A DNA stretch of 64,000 nt from Elsinoe ampelina (GCA_010093995.1 ML992506.1:568551-632550); one strand, 5' to 3'; positions 51,101-62,507 are shown, counted from the first letter of the stretch. Numbers and translations: made by a program. Notes: generated by a model not told the origin, from the sequence alone.

Positions 51101-53365
51101 TAATTAAAACGTTTCTTAATTCCTATATAACTCGCTCGTCCTTTTCTATAGGGGTTCTATCTACTATAGTAAGTAGGTAAGGTGACTCCTTTTGTCGTTA
51201 ATAGAGCTTTAGCTAATTAGCTACTATCGTAGAAATATAGCTATAGTTAGCCCCTAAATCTATTATTGCTCTTACCTTATACATGTATATTTTTGCTTCT
51301 AGAATAAAGTAATTTAACGTGTAAACTTTCATTATACTTAGGCTTTAAGTAGCGTCGTTAGTCTATCTATCTAGCTAACAATAAGCTAGTTTTTTGTTAT
51401 TACTAAGCCCTATACAAGGAACTAGTCTCTCCCTACGCGTACCTATTACTTATAGTAAACCTACTAGGCTATTCTTGTTTTATTTATATTAGTGAGATTA
51501 AGGTACACTACTAGGCCTACGCCCTAGTGTCCGTGAATCTCTAGAATTCCCTATTAGTCGCACTAGGTGTTATTATATATACGTACTAAAATAACTATTC
51601 CTTCTTAGTCTAGTCGCTCCCTAGTATCGAAGGAGAAAGCAAGTTCCGTGTTGTATATAGATCCTAATCGGTACTAGTAATAAGTGTAAATTATTATATA
51701 GTTTCTTTATATTTCTATAAGGTAGGCTTTAATTCGTTCGCCCTAAGGTGGTACTTTCTCTCCCTTAGAGAAATTCTAGTCTAAGTTGTTATATTAAAGT
51801 TATTCTTTATTTCTTTCGCTATACTCCTCGTTGTCGTCGCTGCCGCCGGCGTAGTAGCAGTTAGTAAGGCTATACTAAGTGTATTTACGTACTTAGCTAT
51901 ATAGGATTTCTTCGCCTATCCTAATAACCGTAAAGTCCGTTATAGCTTCTAGGCTAATAGTGTCTTCCCCTAGTACATTATATAAATAGATAGTGTAGTA
52001 CTACTTACACTCTAGGTTTATACATTTCTAAAGTAATACGTAATAGACTCTTTCTTTTAGTTTACTATAAGGGCTAAAGATAAGAGAACTATATTGTCGC
52101 GTAGTACTCGAGTCCTAGTAGCGTATTTCGATAATCGAGTATTAATTGTTGTTACTAATTACCCTCTAGAGTCGATTATAACTTATGTTAATAGTGATCT
52201 TATCTAGGTTAAGTCCTACTTATATAAGATATCTTTGTCTCCTATACGAAGTTAGCTTTCTTAGAAACTATTCTAAGCTCTACTTATCGGCTAAGTAAAT
52301 AGGACAAGTAGAGTTATAATAAGCTATCTATAATAGAGTATTATATAGCTCTTCTCGTTGTATCTTAATCGTGGAAGCGCTAGGCATAGTGCGTCGAGGA
52401 AGTATATCTATCTCCTAGATCGTCGTAGATCCCTTCTATGTTTCTATACCTACGTCGTTAATCGTTAGGTCTTCTATAGTAGTATCGGCCTTTTTCTCTA
52501 CTAGCCCGGCTATTATTATATGTAATCTATCGGCTAGAGCCCTCTATTAGTATTCCCTAGCTCGATGTCTAGGTCTTTTACACTTAAAACATAGATTCTC
52601 TCGTCTATACTTCTCTCTCTCTTTTCTACTAAGGAACTTTCCTCTATAGCTATAGCCTTATACCTATAAGAGGTAGCCTTCGCGTATAGCGTTAAGTTCT
52701 ATAGAGTCTCTATAATTGCGGTTACTACGTTAGAAGCGAGTATTAGCCTTATAGCCTTCTCGCTTCTCTATTCTTCTTTCGTATAACCTATTATCGATCT
52801 TAATTAACTTATCGATAAGCTCCTTAAGTTCGGCTAGGGGTCCGTCTAACATTGTATCCTTAATAGAGTTACCGAGTCCTTCGTAGAAGACTAAGGCCTT
52901 AGTACTATCGTCCTAGTCTAGGTGTTAAGTAAGCTACTAGAACTACGAATAGTACTAGGCTATAGAGCCTTATTACTTAAGCTATCGAATCTTAGTTACT
53001 ACTACTTTTTCTTTATCGGAGATGTTAAAGATTTGCTTAATTCTCTTTTTAAATTCTATATAGCTACTAAAGATCTATTTAGTCTCTTTCTCGGGAGTGT
53101 CGGATAGGTAGTCGCCTATATAGAGTTTAAACTATATAAATACGTTGCCTCGAAGGCGAGATATAGCATAGGTTACCCTAGATATATTACTTAGGTACAT
53201 ATCGGGTTATAGTTTAAATAGGAAGCTAAGCTAGATAAGGAAGCGTTTAAGCTAAGAGTAGTCTCTATAGAAGAGTTCTACCTTATTATACTTGCCTCTT
53301 CCTAGCTTGTTCCTCGAGTAGAAACGTTAATAACGTTCTTCTACTTAAGACCTAGTATTAGACAT
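48120..53365 (-). pseudogene. gag-pol remnant
   Basis: RT reads E*KIAFRTR*SLYKYLVILFSLTNAL..YLDNIIIF, a RIP image of EWKTAFRTR.GLYEYLVMPFGLTNAP..YLDD; RNase H NYDIYDKELL; protease RAIIDLGAN from RAMIDSGAN. Confidence 0.92.
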
Positions 53366-53481
53366 ATCGTTAATAGTAAGTCTTTCTAGCTTACTAGTAA
53401 TTAAGGATATTAAGAGTAACTTAGAGCAAGAGTTACTTATAAACCTCGTAGCGTGCTATACTATAGTAAGGGTAGTTAAAA

Positions 53482-53662
53482 TGTTATAAACTATCTAAAC
53501 TAAGGTTATATAAGTAAGTCTTAGATTAAGCTAAGAACGATATGTTTTACTTCTATAGTAGTATAGTACTAAGGTAAGAGTTAGAGAAGATATGTCTTAT
53601 AGATAATAAAGTATAATTAGATAGTATTATAAAGGCTAGCCTTAGTAATACTAGTGTTCGCT
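53482..53662 (-). repeat. 5' LTR (partial, truncated by gap)
   Basis: Matches 47031-47211 with 15 of 181 differences, all C/T or G/A transitions. Confidence 0.95.
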
Positions 53663-54477
53663 NNNNNNNNNNNNNNNNNNNNNNNNNNNNNNNNNNNNNN
53701 NNNNNNNNNNNNNNNNNNNNNNNNNNNNNNNNNNNNNNNNNNNNNNNNNNNNNNNNNNNNNNNNNNNNNNNNNNNNNNNNNNNNNNNNNNNNNNNNNNNN
53801 NNNNNNNNNNNNNNNNNNNNNNNNNNNNNNNNNNNNNNNNNNNNNNNNNNNNNNNNNNNNNNNNNNNNNNNNNNNNNNNNNNNNNNNNNNNNNNNNNNNN
53901 NNNNNNNNNNNNNNNNNNNNNNNNNNNNNNNNNNNNNNNNNNNNNNNNNNNNNNNNNNNNNNNNNNNNNNNNNNNNNNNNNNNNNNNNNNNNNNNNNNNN
54001 NNNNNNNNNNNNNNNNNNNNNNNNNNNNNNNNNNNNNNNNNNNNNNNNNNNNNNNNNNNNNNNNNNNNNNNNNNNNNNNNNNNNNNNNNNNNNNNNNNNN
54101 NNNNNNNNNNNNNNNNNNNNNNNNNNNNNNNNNNNNNNNNNNNNNNNNNNNNNNNNNNNNNNNNNNNNNNNNNNNNNNNNNNNNNNNNNNNNNNNNNNNN
54201 NNNNNNNNNNNNNNNNNNNNNNNNNNNNNNNNNNNNNNNNNNNNNNNNNNNNNNNNNNNNNNNNNNNNNNNNNNNNNNNNNNNNNNNNNNNNNNNNNNNN
54301 NNNNNNNNNNNNNNNNNNNNNNNNNNNNNNNNNNNNNNNNNNNNNNNNNNNNNNNNNNNNNNNNNNNNNNNNNNNNNNNNNNNNNNNNNNNNNNNNNNNN
54401 NNNNNNNNNNNNNNNNNNNNNNNNNNNNNNNNNNNNNNNNNNNNNNNNNNNNNNNNNNNNNNNNNNNNNNNNNNNNN
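53663..54477. other. Assembly gap (N run)
   Basis: 815 N. Confidence 1.
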
Positions 54478-55236
54478 TAGTAGAGATATTATTTAGGTAG
54501 GCTATTACCTCCTTAGATAGGTTAGTATAGAAAGAGCTTAGCTATAAAGGACTTATATCTTCTAAGAAAGAGATAAGAGTATAAGGGTATAGTATATAAG
54601 CTTTAATAGAAGAATAAGAAGTGCTAAAGAACTTAAGAGATAGTTAAATTTAGTAGATTATAGCTCTAGCTACCTTAGTAGTAGTATAAATAGCATAATT
54701 AGTATACTCTTTAGTAAGTAAGAACTATATGTCTATTAGTTTTAATTTAGCTATCTAATAATTAACTATAATAGTAATAACCTAATTAGAGTAGTATAGC
54801 GACTATTACACCTTTTTTTAGCTTTAATTTATTAGTATTCTCTATAGACTTCTAGCTAGCTAAATTTGATAACGAGAGGTCGACGCGGAGTACAACACGC
54901 CAAGCCCGGGGTGGCTCGGTTGAACTCAAAACGACTGTAGCGCCGCATAGAAAATCTAGCAAGCTCTTGACGAAGTGCTCAAAATGCCAAGCTAGAACTT
55001 CATTTCTGCTATAGTGGTCCGTGCGGCGTTCTTTACTCCACTCTATGAGCAAGACCGAGCTCCTCTCCTCTCACATTTACACGATAACACCCCATTCGAA
55101 ATCTGCTGCTTGATCAGGCTAGACCACCGTCGCGTGGTATCTAGGAGACACGCGGGTCAATACGCGACAATTCTGCCTCGTCTCGCTATCTCCCGACCCG
55201 ACTTCACACCGGCGATGAAGTGAAGCTTCCACAGTC

Positions 55237-58200
55237 ATGCCCGCACAGCGTCCTCGGGCGCAGTTTGAGCCTATACCACCGAATTTGAACCTCACACGGC
55301 TCGTGGAAGCATACGAGCATTTCGACTTCTGCCCTCGCATCACCTACCAAGACATCCTACTTCACGGCGTCGAGAGGTTCGAGAAGCTAGTGAAAAAGCA
55401 TGTTGTTACAGACGGAAAGCCACTGGTCGTAGAAGGCTTCGAAAAAGAACTCGATCCTTGGACCTTTTCCGCAAAATGGCTCAAGGACAACGTCGGCGAC
55501 AAAGTCGAGAATGCTCGCGACCTTAACAACAAGGAGTTCATACCTCTCACAATCCGGCACTACTTGAACAACATTAATGCCGTGACGAATCAACATTTCA
55601 AGAAGAAGGACGGCAACGATAGACCACCTCAGAGAATCTACTTGAAGGACATTGATTGTCCCGAGGTATGGCAGCAGAAGCTTGCAGAGATCATACCACC
55701 CTTTCTGTTCTACCTCAACGAATCGATCGGCGACTATGGCGGTCCTGGAGCGAGCGTGCTCAAGGGATCCACAGTGCCTGGCAGGCGGCTTGGCAAGGGT
55801 ATTGCACCGGCGGGCGATCTGATGAGCAGTTTGCCTGTGGAGATGAGGGCCGAGAATCTCATGTGTTACATCGGGCATGAGGGAACATACACTCCGGCGC
55901 ATCGCGAGATGTGTGCAACCATGGGGCATAACATCATGGTAGAATCATCTACAGAGCTCGGCGAAGATGGCAAACCTGAAAAGCCGGGATCGTCAGTTTG
56001 GTTCATGACCGAAGCAAAAGACAGACAGACGGTAGCGGAGTTCTGGTTGTCCAAACTGGGTCACGATATTGAGGTCGAAAATCACTTTGCTCAGATCAAT
56101 TCCTGGAAGCTAGCACCCTTCAAGGTCCATATCGTAGAGCAGAAGGTTGGCGATTTCGTCCTGGTCCCACCACTCGCACCGCACCAGGTCTGGAATCGTG
56201 GCACCCGCACGATGAAAGTAGCCTGGAACAGGACAACACCAGAGACTCTTGATATGGCAATATCCGAAGCTTTACCGAAAGCAAAGATTGTCTGCAGAGA
56301 CGAACAGTACAAGAACAAGGCAATCATATACTACAGTTTGAACAAGTACTCGGAACTTCTCTCGAACGTCAAGGCTCAATCTGAGAAGCTCCTTCCCGAG
56401 GCCGCCCAGCAGTTGCTATACAAGGGCAAGGTGCGGTCTCTGCAAAAGGATTTCCGCTCGCTGCTCGTCCTCTTCAAGGACGTTTTGCTTTCCGAACTGT
56501 TCTCGCCTGATGGCACCGGAGAGAAGTGCGAGTACATTCAATTCGATTCCAACATCACATGCGGCTACTGTCGTGGTAACATATTCAATCGTTTCCTGTC
56601 TTGCGACTCATGCAAAGATGCTCTTGGTCATGCAGAGTCCGAGCCGTATGACATTTGCATGGAGTGCTATGCCATGGGCCGGTCTTGCTATTGTATCGCT
56701 GGACATAAGTGGGTCGAGCAGTTCAAGTGGAAAGAGTTGGTCAGCAAGTACGAAACATGGAGACGTCAAATAATGGAGCTGCTTGGTGAGACTGATCACA
56801 CCATCCCTCTCACTCTGCATGAAGAACGCCGTCGATTGGGCAAGAAGACCCTGGCCGAAGTCGTTCGCGAGCAGCTGAAGAAGCGCCCATTCATGGATCC
56901 TAAGAAGCCCAAGGAAGATCAGGTCGAGGAAGAGCCCAGCGATGAAGAGGTGATTGTGGATGACGATGGACGTGTCAAGAAGCGGATCAAGAAACGCTCA
57001 AAGACGTGGTTGAAGAACCACTCACGCTGTCATGTTTGCCAGTACCGTCACGAGAACTGGAAGATGGCTCGATGCACCCGTTGTGACAGGTGGTGGTGCT
57101 TCGGTTCACTGTTCCGCGGCCACGATGACATGCCTCTCGACATTATGCAGAATCCTGATTGGGAATGCACGCATTGTCAGGGCGTCTGCTTTGCTGGCAA
57201 TTGTCGCCGCGACCCTCGCCAACGTCCATACCAGCCCAAGGGTACACTTCTCGGACACGACACCAAGAAGGTCGCCGATGCCCGCAGTGTCGAAGTCCTT
57301 GTCGACTTTTCGATTTCCAACCTGAACTGGATACGGGAAGAAGAGGGAGCAGAAGAAAGTGCCCAAATGCGCCGTGCCCGCGAAGAGGCCGAGAAAGCTG
57401 AACAGGCTCAACGAGCCAATCCCGGAGACGACGACGAAGACATTGATGCTCCAGCCGACGAGATTGAGGACACGACCATGACAGGTCATCCGATGGACAG
57501 CAATGACGCATTCTTGGATCCTGAACTACGCAACGAGTCCGACCTTGCTCAGCGCCTCACGCAATTTAACCAGACGTTTCCTTCCCCGGCGGCTATGGTG
57601 GCTGGCGCGCGTCCCGGCCAAGCGCCGGATGGCTACATTCCTGTGCAGGACGGCGCCTACAATCCAATGCATGATGAGGACGACTCCTACTTCTACCCTG
57701 ATCCCAATGAGCTCAACGACAATCCGCCCTTCGGCGGCAGCCCAAATCCTGACGGCGTGCGTCCCTTCTTGCACAAAGGCCGCAAGGGGTATGGCGATGG
57801 CGAGTTCTCAAAAGGCAAGCGCAAGCGACCTCGAGCCAGTGATGGCGACGCTCAGATCAGCATGGAGAAGCCGAAGAAGCGTCGTGCAACAGAACAAGGC
57901 GCTGACGTGCTCGCTCGTCCCGCAAATGAGGCGAGTCGACAGTACCAGGGCATCAAAGAGCGCAAGGCTCTGGAGAAGGCTAAATCGCAAGGGCGATATT
58001 TCGCTGTCAATGCAGCACTCAGAGGCAAGAAGAAGATCGTCCGTCTGCGCGTGCCTGGAGACAAGTTGGCATTCATCACAAGTCAGCCACCAAGAAGGGT
58101 GACTTTCGCCGAGACCGAAAGAGTCGATAGCGACGAGGAGGCCTTCGGTGGTGATCTTTTGAAGAGCGACGTGCAGCCCAAGAAGACCGCAAAAGCTCCA

Positions 58201-58974
58201 GCAAAGACCAGGCAGCGGAAGCGAAGACCAGGCGAGTCGGACGTGGAAGATGCCGAGGATGTGGACGAATTGGATGCGAGCGGCGAGGAGGACTTCTTGG
58301 AGATCACGTCGACAGCGCGCAGGGACGGGGATGGTCATGGTCGAAGGCGTATCTCTGCTTACCTTCAAGCCAGGCATGGAGACGAAGATCTCCCGGAGGA
58401 GTTGCCGGAAGGCTACAAAGATAGCAGGAGGAAGAGCCAAGGTACGGGGGTTTACAGGAACCCCAACACTATCCGCAACAGCGAAGGCAAATTCACCTCC
58501 ACGGCCGCATCAAAGCCAAAGAAGCCCTACACTGGCCGGCCAAGAGGCAGGCCTTCGAAGACTGGCCTGCGTCCAGCCGAGGATCCAGTCGACGTAGACG
58601 ACGTCACGGCCACGAACGGTGTCAACGGTCATGGCGAAGGCAGCAGCCAGGGTGTAAGCTTTGGTCTGGGTAGCAGCAGTCGGAAGAGCAAGAGTTCCAT
58701 CACGGAGGAAGAGAAGAATCGTCTTGCAAAGCTGGAGGCTTTGAGGGATGTGATGGGCGAAGACGACGAGCTGGACGACTCCATCGACGCCATTGCTGCA
58801 GCAGCCTTTGGAAATAGCACTCCTGCTCCTGTCGCGAACATGGCTGGACCTTCAGCGCCTGTGGCAAACATGGGCTTTGGTCCACCCTCGGCGAGGCAGA
58901 GCATCACGCAGAAATCTGGACCAGGAGGAAGGAAGGTGAAGATCGTCAGCGCGGCGAAGATGACAAAGACATGA
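55237..58974 (+). CDS. JmjC-domain protein with Cys-rich zinc fingers and AT-hook (DMM-1-like chromatin regulator)
   Basis: Intronless 1245 aa; JmjC iron ligands HRE..APHQVWN; Cys clusters CGYC..CDSC..CMEC and CHVC..CTRC..CTHCQGVC; AT-hook-like GRPRGRP. DMM-1 orthology is inferred from architecture. Confidence 0.88.
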   Translation: MPAQRPRAQFEPIPPNLNLTRLVEAYEHFDFCPRITYQDILLHGVERFEKLVKKHVVTDGKPLVVEGFEKELDPWTFSAKWLKDNVGDKVENARDLNNKEFIPLTIRHYLNNINAVTNQHFKKKDGNDRPPQRIYLKDIDCPEVWQQKLAEIIPPFLFYLNESIGDYGGPGASVLKGSTVPGRRLGKGIAPAGDLMSSLPVEMRAENLMCYIGHEGTYTPAHREMCATMGHNIMVESSTELGEDGKPEKPGSSVWFMTEAKDRQTVAEFWLSKLGHDIEVENHFAQINSWKLAPFKVHIVEQKVGDFVLVPPLAPHQVWNRGTRTMKVAWNRTTPETLDMAISEALPKAKIVCRDEQYKNKAIIYYSLNKYSELLSNVKAQSEKLLPEAAQQLLYKGKVRSLQKDFRSLLVLFKDVLLSELFSPDGTGEKCEYIQFDSNITCGYCRGNIFNRFLSCDSCKDALGHAESEPYDICMECYAMGRSCYCIAGHKWVEQFKWKELVSKYETWRRQIMELLGETDHTIPLTLHEERRRLGKKTLAEVVREQLKKRPFMDPKKPKEDQVEEEPSDEEVIVDDDGRVKKRIKKRSKTWLKNHSRCHVCQYRHENWKMARCTRCDRWWCFGSLFRGHDDMPLDIMQNPDWECTHCQGVCFAGNCRRDPRQRPYQPKGTLLGHDTKKVADARSVEVLVDFSISNLNWIREEEGAEESAQMRRAREEAEKAEQAQRANPGDDDEDIDAPADEIEDTTMTGHPMDSNDAFLDPELRNESDLAQRLTQFNQTFPSPAAMVAGARPGQAPDGYIPVQDGAYNPMHDEDDSYFYPDPNELNDNPPFGGSPNPDGVRPFLHKGRKGYGDGEFSKGKRKRPRASDGDAQISMEKPKKRRATEQGADVLARPANEASRQYQGIKERKALEKAKSQGRYFAVNAALRGKKKIVRLRVPGDKLAFITSQPPRRVTFAETERVDSDEEAFGGDLLKSDVQPKKTAKAPAKTRQRKRRPGESDVEDAEDVDELDASGEEDFLEITSTARRDGDGHGRRRISAYLQARHGDEDLPEELPEGYKDSRRKSQGTGVYRNPNTIRNSEGKFTSTAASKPKKPYTGRPRGRPSKTGLRPAEDPVDVDDVTATNGVNGHGEGSSQGVSFGLGSSSRKSKSSITEEEKNRLAKLEALRDVMGEDDELDDSIDAIAAAAFGNSTPAPVANMAGPSAPVANMGFGPPSARQSITQKSGPGGRKVKIVSAAKMTKT

Positions 58975-59128
58975 GTGTTTATTGCATTGCGGAGAATTTG
59001 GGAAAAGCATGGTGTTTATGGAGCATTATCGGAATGCTTGATAGGGGCAGAGATACCACCAATAGCGCATCCATGTCTTTACTCCAGCAAATCTGTACAA
59101 TATATACCTAGGCACGAACGATTCACAT

Positions 59129-60645
59129 CTACAATTTGGCCGCTACTCTCTTCTTCGCCGCTTTCTTCGCATACGGATGCCCCTCGGTCGTATTCACCAA
59201 ATGATCCACATCCAATGTACTCACCAGTCCCGGATGCAGGTCCTCGACACGACTCACCCCCAACATCTTCATCGTCGTCTCCACCTCATCCCTCATAATC
59301 TCAATCAAATGCCTCACCCCCTCCTCCCCATAATTCAACGCATACAAGAACGACCTCCCCATGCCCACCGCCGTAGCTCCAAGACACAAACACTTTACCA
59401 AATCCGTGCCCCTCCGTATCCCACTATCAACAAACACCTCCATCCCCTCAAACACCTCGGGACACACCCTCTGCAGCTCCACCAGCACCAAAACCGCCGG
59501 GGGCGACGTGTCCAAACTCCTGCCGCCGTGGTTACTGAGCACGATGCCATCCACGCCGGCCGCGAGCGCCAACCTCGCGTCCGCGGCCCCTTGCACCCCC
59601 TTGAGCACCAACTTGCCCTTCCACACGCTCCGCAACCACGCCAGATCATCCCACGTCATGGAATCGTCGATGTAGCTCCCCATGATCCTGCCCAGCCCGC
59701 CGCCCTTGGCGTCGTTCTTGGCCGACTGCCCCGACATGGGCGTGCTGAGCCCCTCGTCGGCCTTGACGCGTTCGTCGGCCTCGCGCTTGCCCGGCACGGG
59801 GGCGTCGACGGTGAGGAAGACGGTGGAGATGTTGAGGCGTGCGACGTGGGCGAGGAGGGAGGCGGTTTTGGCGCGGTCTTTGTTGACGTAGAGCTGGAAG
59901 AACATGGGGGTGGAAGGGGAGGCGGAGCGGATGGTGGCGATGGGGAAGGAGGCGTTGGTGGAGATGATTTGCGGGATCGGGGTGGGAGAGGCGGCGCCGG
60001 TGGCGAGGGCTTTCTCGCCGAGGGGCGAGATGAGTTTGGCTAGGGCGGCGGGGGCGATGTAGAGTGGGAGTGAGATGGGGTGGGAGAGCATGGTTGTGCT
60101 GGTGGAGATGCGGGATACGTTGCGGAGCATGCGGGGTCGGAAGGAGATGCGGGAGAAGAAGGAGGTGTTGAGGTCCCGCGTGAGGCAGTCGGTGCTGGCG
60201 GAGGAGTAGAAGGCCCATGTTTTGGGGGAGATGGTGCGGGAGGCGATCTCTTCGAAGTCGTGCGAGTTGAGGACCGAGGAGAGTGGGGGCTTTTCGTTTA
60301 GCTGGAGTTGAGGGGTGGCGGTTGGTGGTGGTTTGGCCCATTCTTCGGTCACGGTTCTAGTGTCCAGCTTGCCTTTGTAGTCGTTTGGCTTGAGATTGGT
60401 CTTGAGAAGGGAGTAGTCATGTATGCTGTTGTAGGTGCTGCTGGCATCGCGGCCGGCGTGGCGAGTGATGACTGGGAGTGTAAGCTTTGGTCATTGCTTT
60501 CGATAGACGACATACTATGTGCACCGCCGGGATGGTTTGGGGCGAACTCTGAGAGATCCCATACAGCACCGTCAACGACTATCCAGCAATCGTCCGCAGA
60601 CGAGTGCTTCGATATCTCGTCTACTGTGAGAAGCTTGTCCGACAT
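59129..60645 (-). CDS. Cytochrome b2-type FMN-dependent alpha-hydroxy-acid dehydrogenase with cytochrome b5 domain
   Basis: b5 motif DCWIVVDGAVWDLSEFAPNHPGG; FFQLYVNKDR, SNHGGRSLD and DSGIRRGTD; one intron near 60515-60472. Confidence 0.93.
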
Positions 60646-61001
60646 GATGCTCAAGATTCATGCACATGCGAGAAAGCGAGAAGTCAGAATGGCAAACGAG
60701 ATTGATCCATATGTCAAGTCTGCAAGACGCAGATCACCTACCTGTCGGCATTTGGAAGTCAGAACAATCTCGTCGTCGTTGGTTGGACAGAGGTGATCTC
60801 GCGTCAAAGGACCCCGAATCCTGCGGCTCTCGTCAAGTGCGGGGGCTCGGCAGATCGGCACCAAAAAGGAAACTATCCCGAGCATTTTATTCTTTTATGT
60901 GCTCGCCTTGCTATCGATGATATGCGTCTGTAGCGTTGAACCCATGGTTGCTCTATAGTTTGATACAATCCTGGCTCGAGACCGTAGGATACAGCCATGG
61001 A

Positions 61002-62227
61002 CTATCCCTCCGAGGTCTGCTCGCCGAGACCGAACATCTGTATCGAATTCTTCCAAGCTCTGTGCGTGGTCAGTCAAAACACTGGCTTGCAATATATCCT
61101 CACTTACACATCCGCGACTTCTTCAATCTTGATTCCTCTCACCTTGGCAATCACATGAGCGACTTTGCCAATCGTACAAGGCTCATTCCTCCCCTTGACC
61201 ATAAAGTCCTTGCCCCACTTCTCCTTCTTGACAGCCTTGGGTAGCTCCGGGGCATCATCGAGATGCTTCGAGCTGGCATGACTCGCTCGGATCTCACACC
61301 ATGGTCCGTCGGTCTCGATCTGTAACCTCTCAAGTGGTACTTCCTTCATGACAGACAAGTTCTCCTCAGTCTTGAGACTGCAACCGTTTATGCCAACATC
61401 GAAGCCCATCTTGACTATCCTGTCCAACTCCTCTTTCGTGCCAGTGAAGCTGTGGACACATCCTCTTTTCGGTAGCTCGTCCAGCCGAGCTCCCAAGATC
61501 TGCTCAAAGTCTTCGGCCGCTGCTCGACTGTGCAGGAAGAGCGGGAGTTGGAGCTCGACAGCCAGATCTAATTGAAGCTTAAAGTACTTCAGCTGTGTCT
61601 CCTTGTCGCAAAGTTGTAATCGATCATAGTCAAGTCCGATCTCGCCAAAGGCTGTGACTGTTCCCTCTTCTTTGCCAGCCTTGGCTACCTCTCGCAATGC
61701 CGAAAGAAGAGCTGTCGGACCTTCTGGGTAAGAATCGAATGTGCGCGCCGAGCATGGATGTACGCCAACTGTGGCATAGCAGAGGCCCGCTGTGTCTAGT
61801 CAGCTGTGGTCCTAGTGCCTCGTACAGCCTCGAATATACGGTACTCCTTGGCAATCTCGATTGCTTTCTTGCTTTCTACAAGATCTGATCCCGTTATCAT
61901 CAGCTTCCGGCATCCTGCTTTGACTCCTCTTTCTATAACAAATTTGAGGTCGTCTTCGTGGGCTTTCTTGCCATGATGTACACCACGATAGATTGGATCA
62001 GACAGATTGATGCCGATCTAAATCTCGGTCAGCCTTGTCCTGAGCTTGTCGCTGTGTGGGAGAAGCGGACAAACGTCAGCGTATTTCAAGGCCTCTGGTG
62101 ATGCTGCCGACGGAGGCACTGCGGATAGTCCAGCTGTCAGCGGGTCGGTCGACATCTTGCGAGCAGTAGCCAAGCTCCGGCAGATATGTCGCTGCAGCAA
62201 GGTCGGGGAGAAAGGGCGAATAGTCAT
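61002..62227 (-). CDS. TatD-family deoxyribonuclease
   Basis: D/IGINL, VGVHPC, FGEIGLDYDR, LPLFLHSR, VHSFTG, IETDGPW and RNEP; three introns; alternative in-frame ATG at 62155. Confidence 0.92.
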
Positions 62228-62507
62228 CAACGGATGGGGATAGCGATGAAGCGATGGTACCCAGATGCGCACGAGTCACTATAGCGGTGTCAAATTGACC
62301 AATCAGCGGACAGAGTCGCCGCGGACATCAAACATCAGGCAGGAGAAAGTGCCGACGATGAAAATACTTCCCGTCATTTGCAAGATGCACTACATGATCA
62401 GAGCCGCCTAGTGCCACGAAAGAGAGCGATACATAATATTCTGGTTGATCAATGTCGCGAAATCATGTTCAGATGACTCCATTCTGCTTTCACTACATTT
62501 CTTAGCA

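Larger units (their letters stand above)
47031..53662 (-). mobile_element. Ty3/Gypsy chromovirus LTR retrotransposon (Pyret-like), RIP-inactivated; 5' LTR runs into gap
   Basis: Direct LTR copies at 47031 and 53482; minus-strand domains in order gag, CCHC knuckle (~52550-52592), WCCH-like motif, protease (~51230-51280), RT (YLDNIIIF, ~50280), RNase H, integrase, chromodomain (~48125-48250); many TAA/TAG stops. Confidence 0.95.
44734..54937. mobile_element. TIR DNA transposon (Tc1/mariner-type termini), RIP-degenerated, with nested LTR retrotransposon
   Basis: Perfect 40-bp inverted repeats CAGTCGTTTTGAGTTCAACCGAGCCACCCCGGGCTTGGCG at 44734-44773 and 54898-54937, each flanked by TA; degenerate similarity continues inward to GCTAAAAAAAGGTGTAATAG. 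Confidence 0.85.

Noticed and set aside
52922..53107. 61-aa + strand ORF in the island
   Set aside because: Antisense to the gag remnant; chance ORF.
53460..53481. tRNA primer-binding site next to the 5' LTR
   Set aside because: No recognisable TGG-starting tRNA complement; RIP may have erased it.
53654..54496. 280-aa ORF in the track
   Set aside because: Artefact of the N gap.
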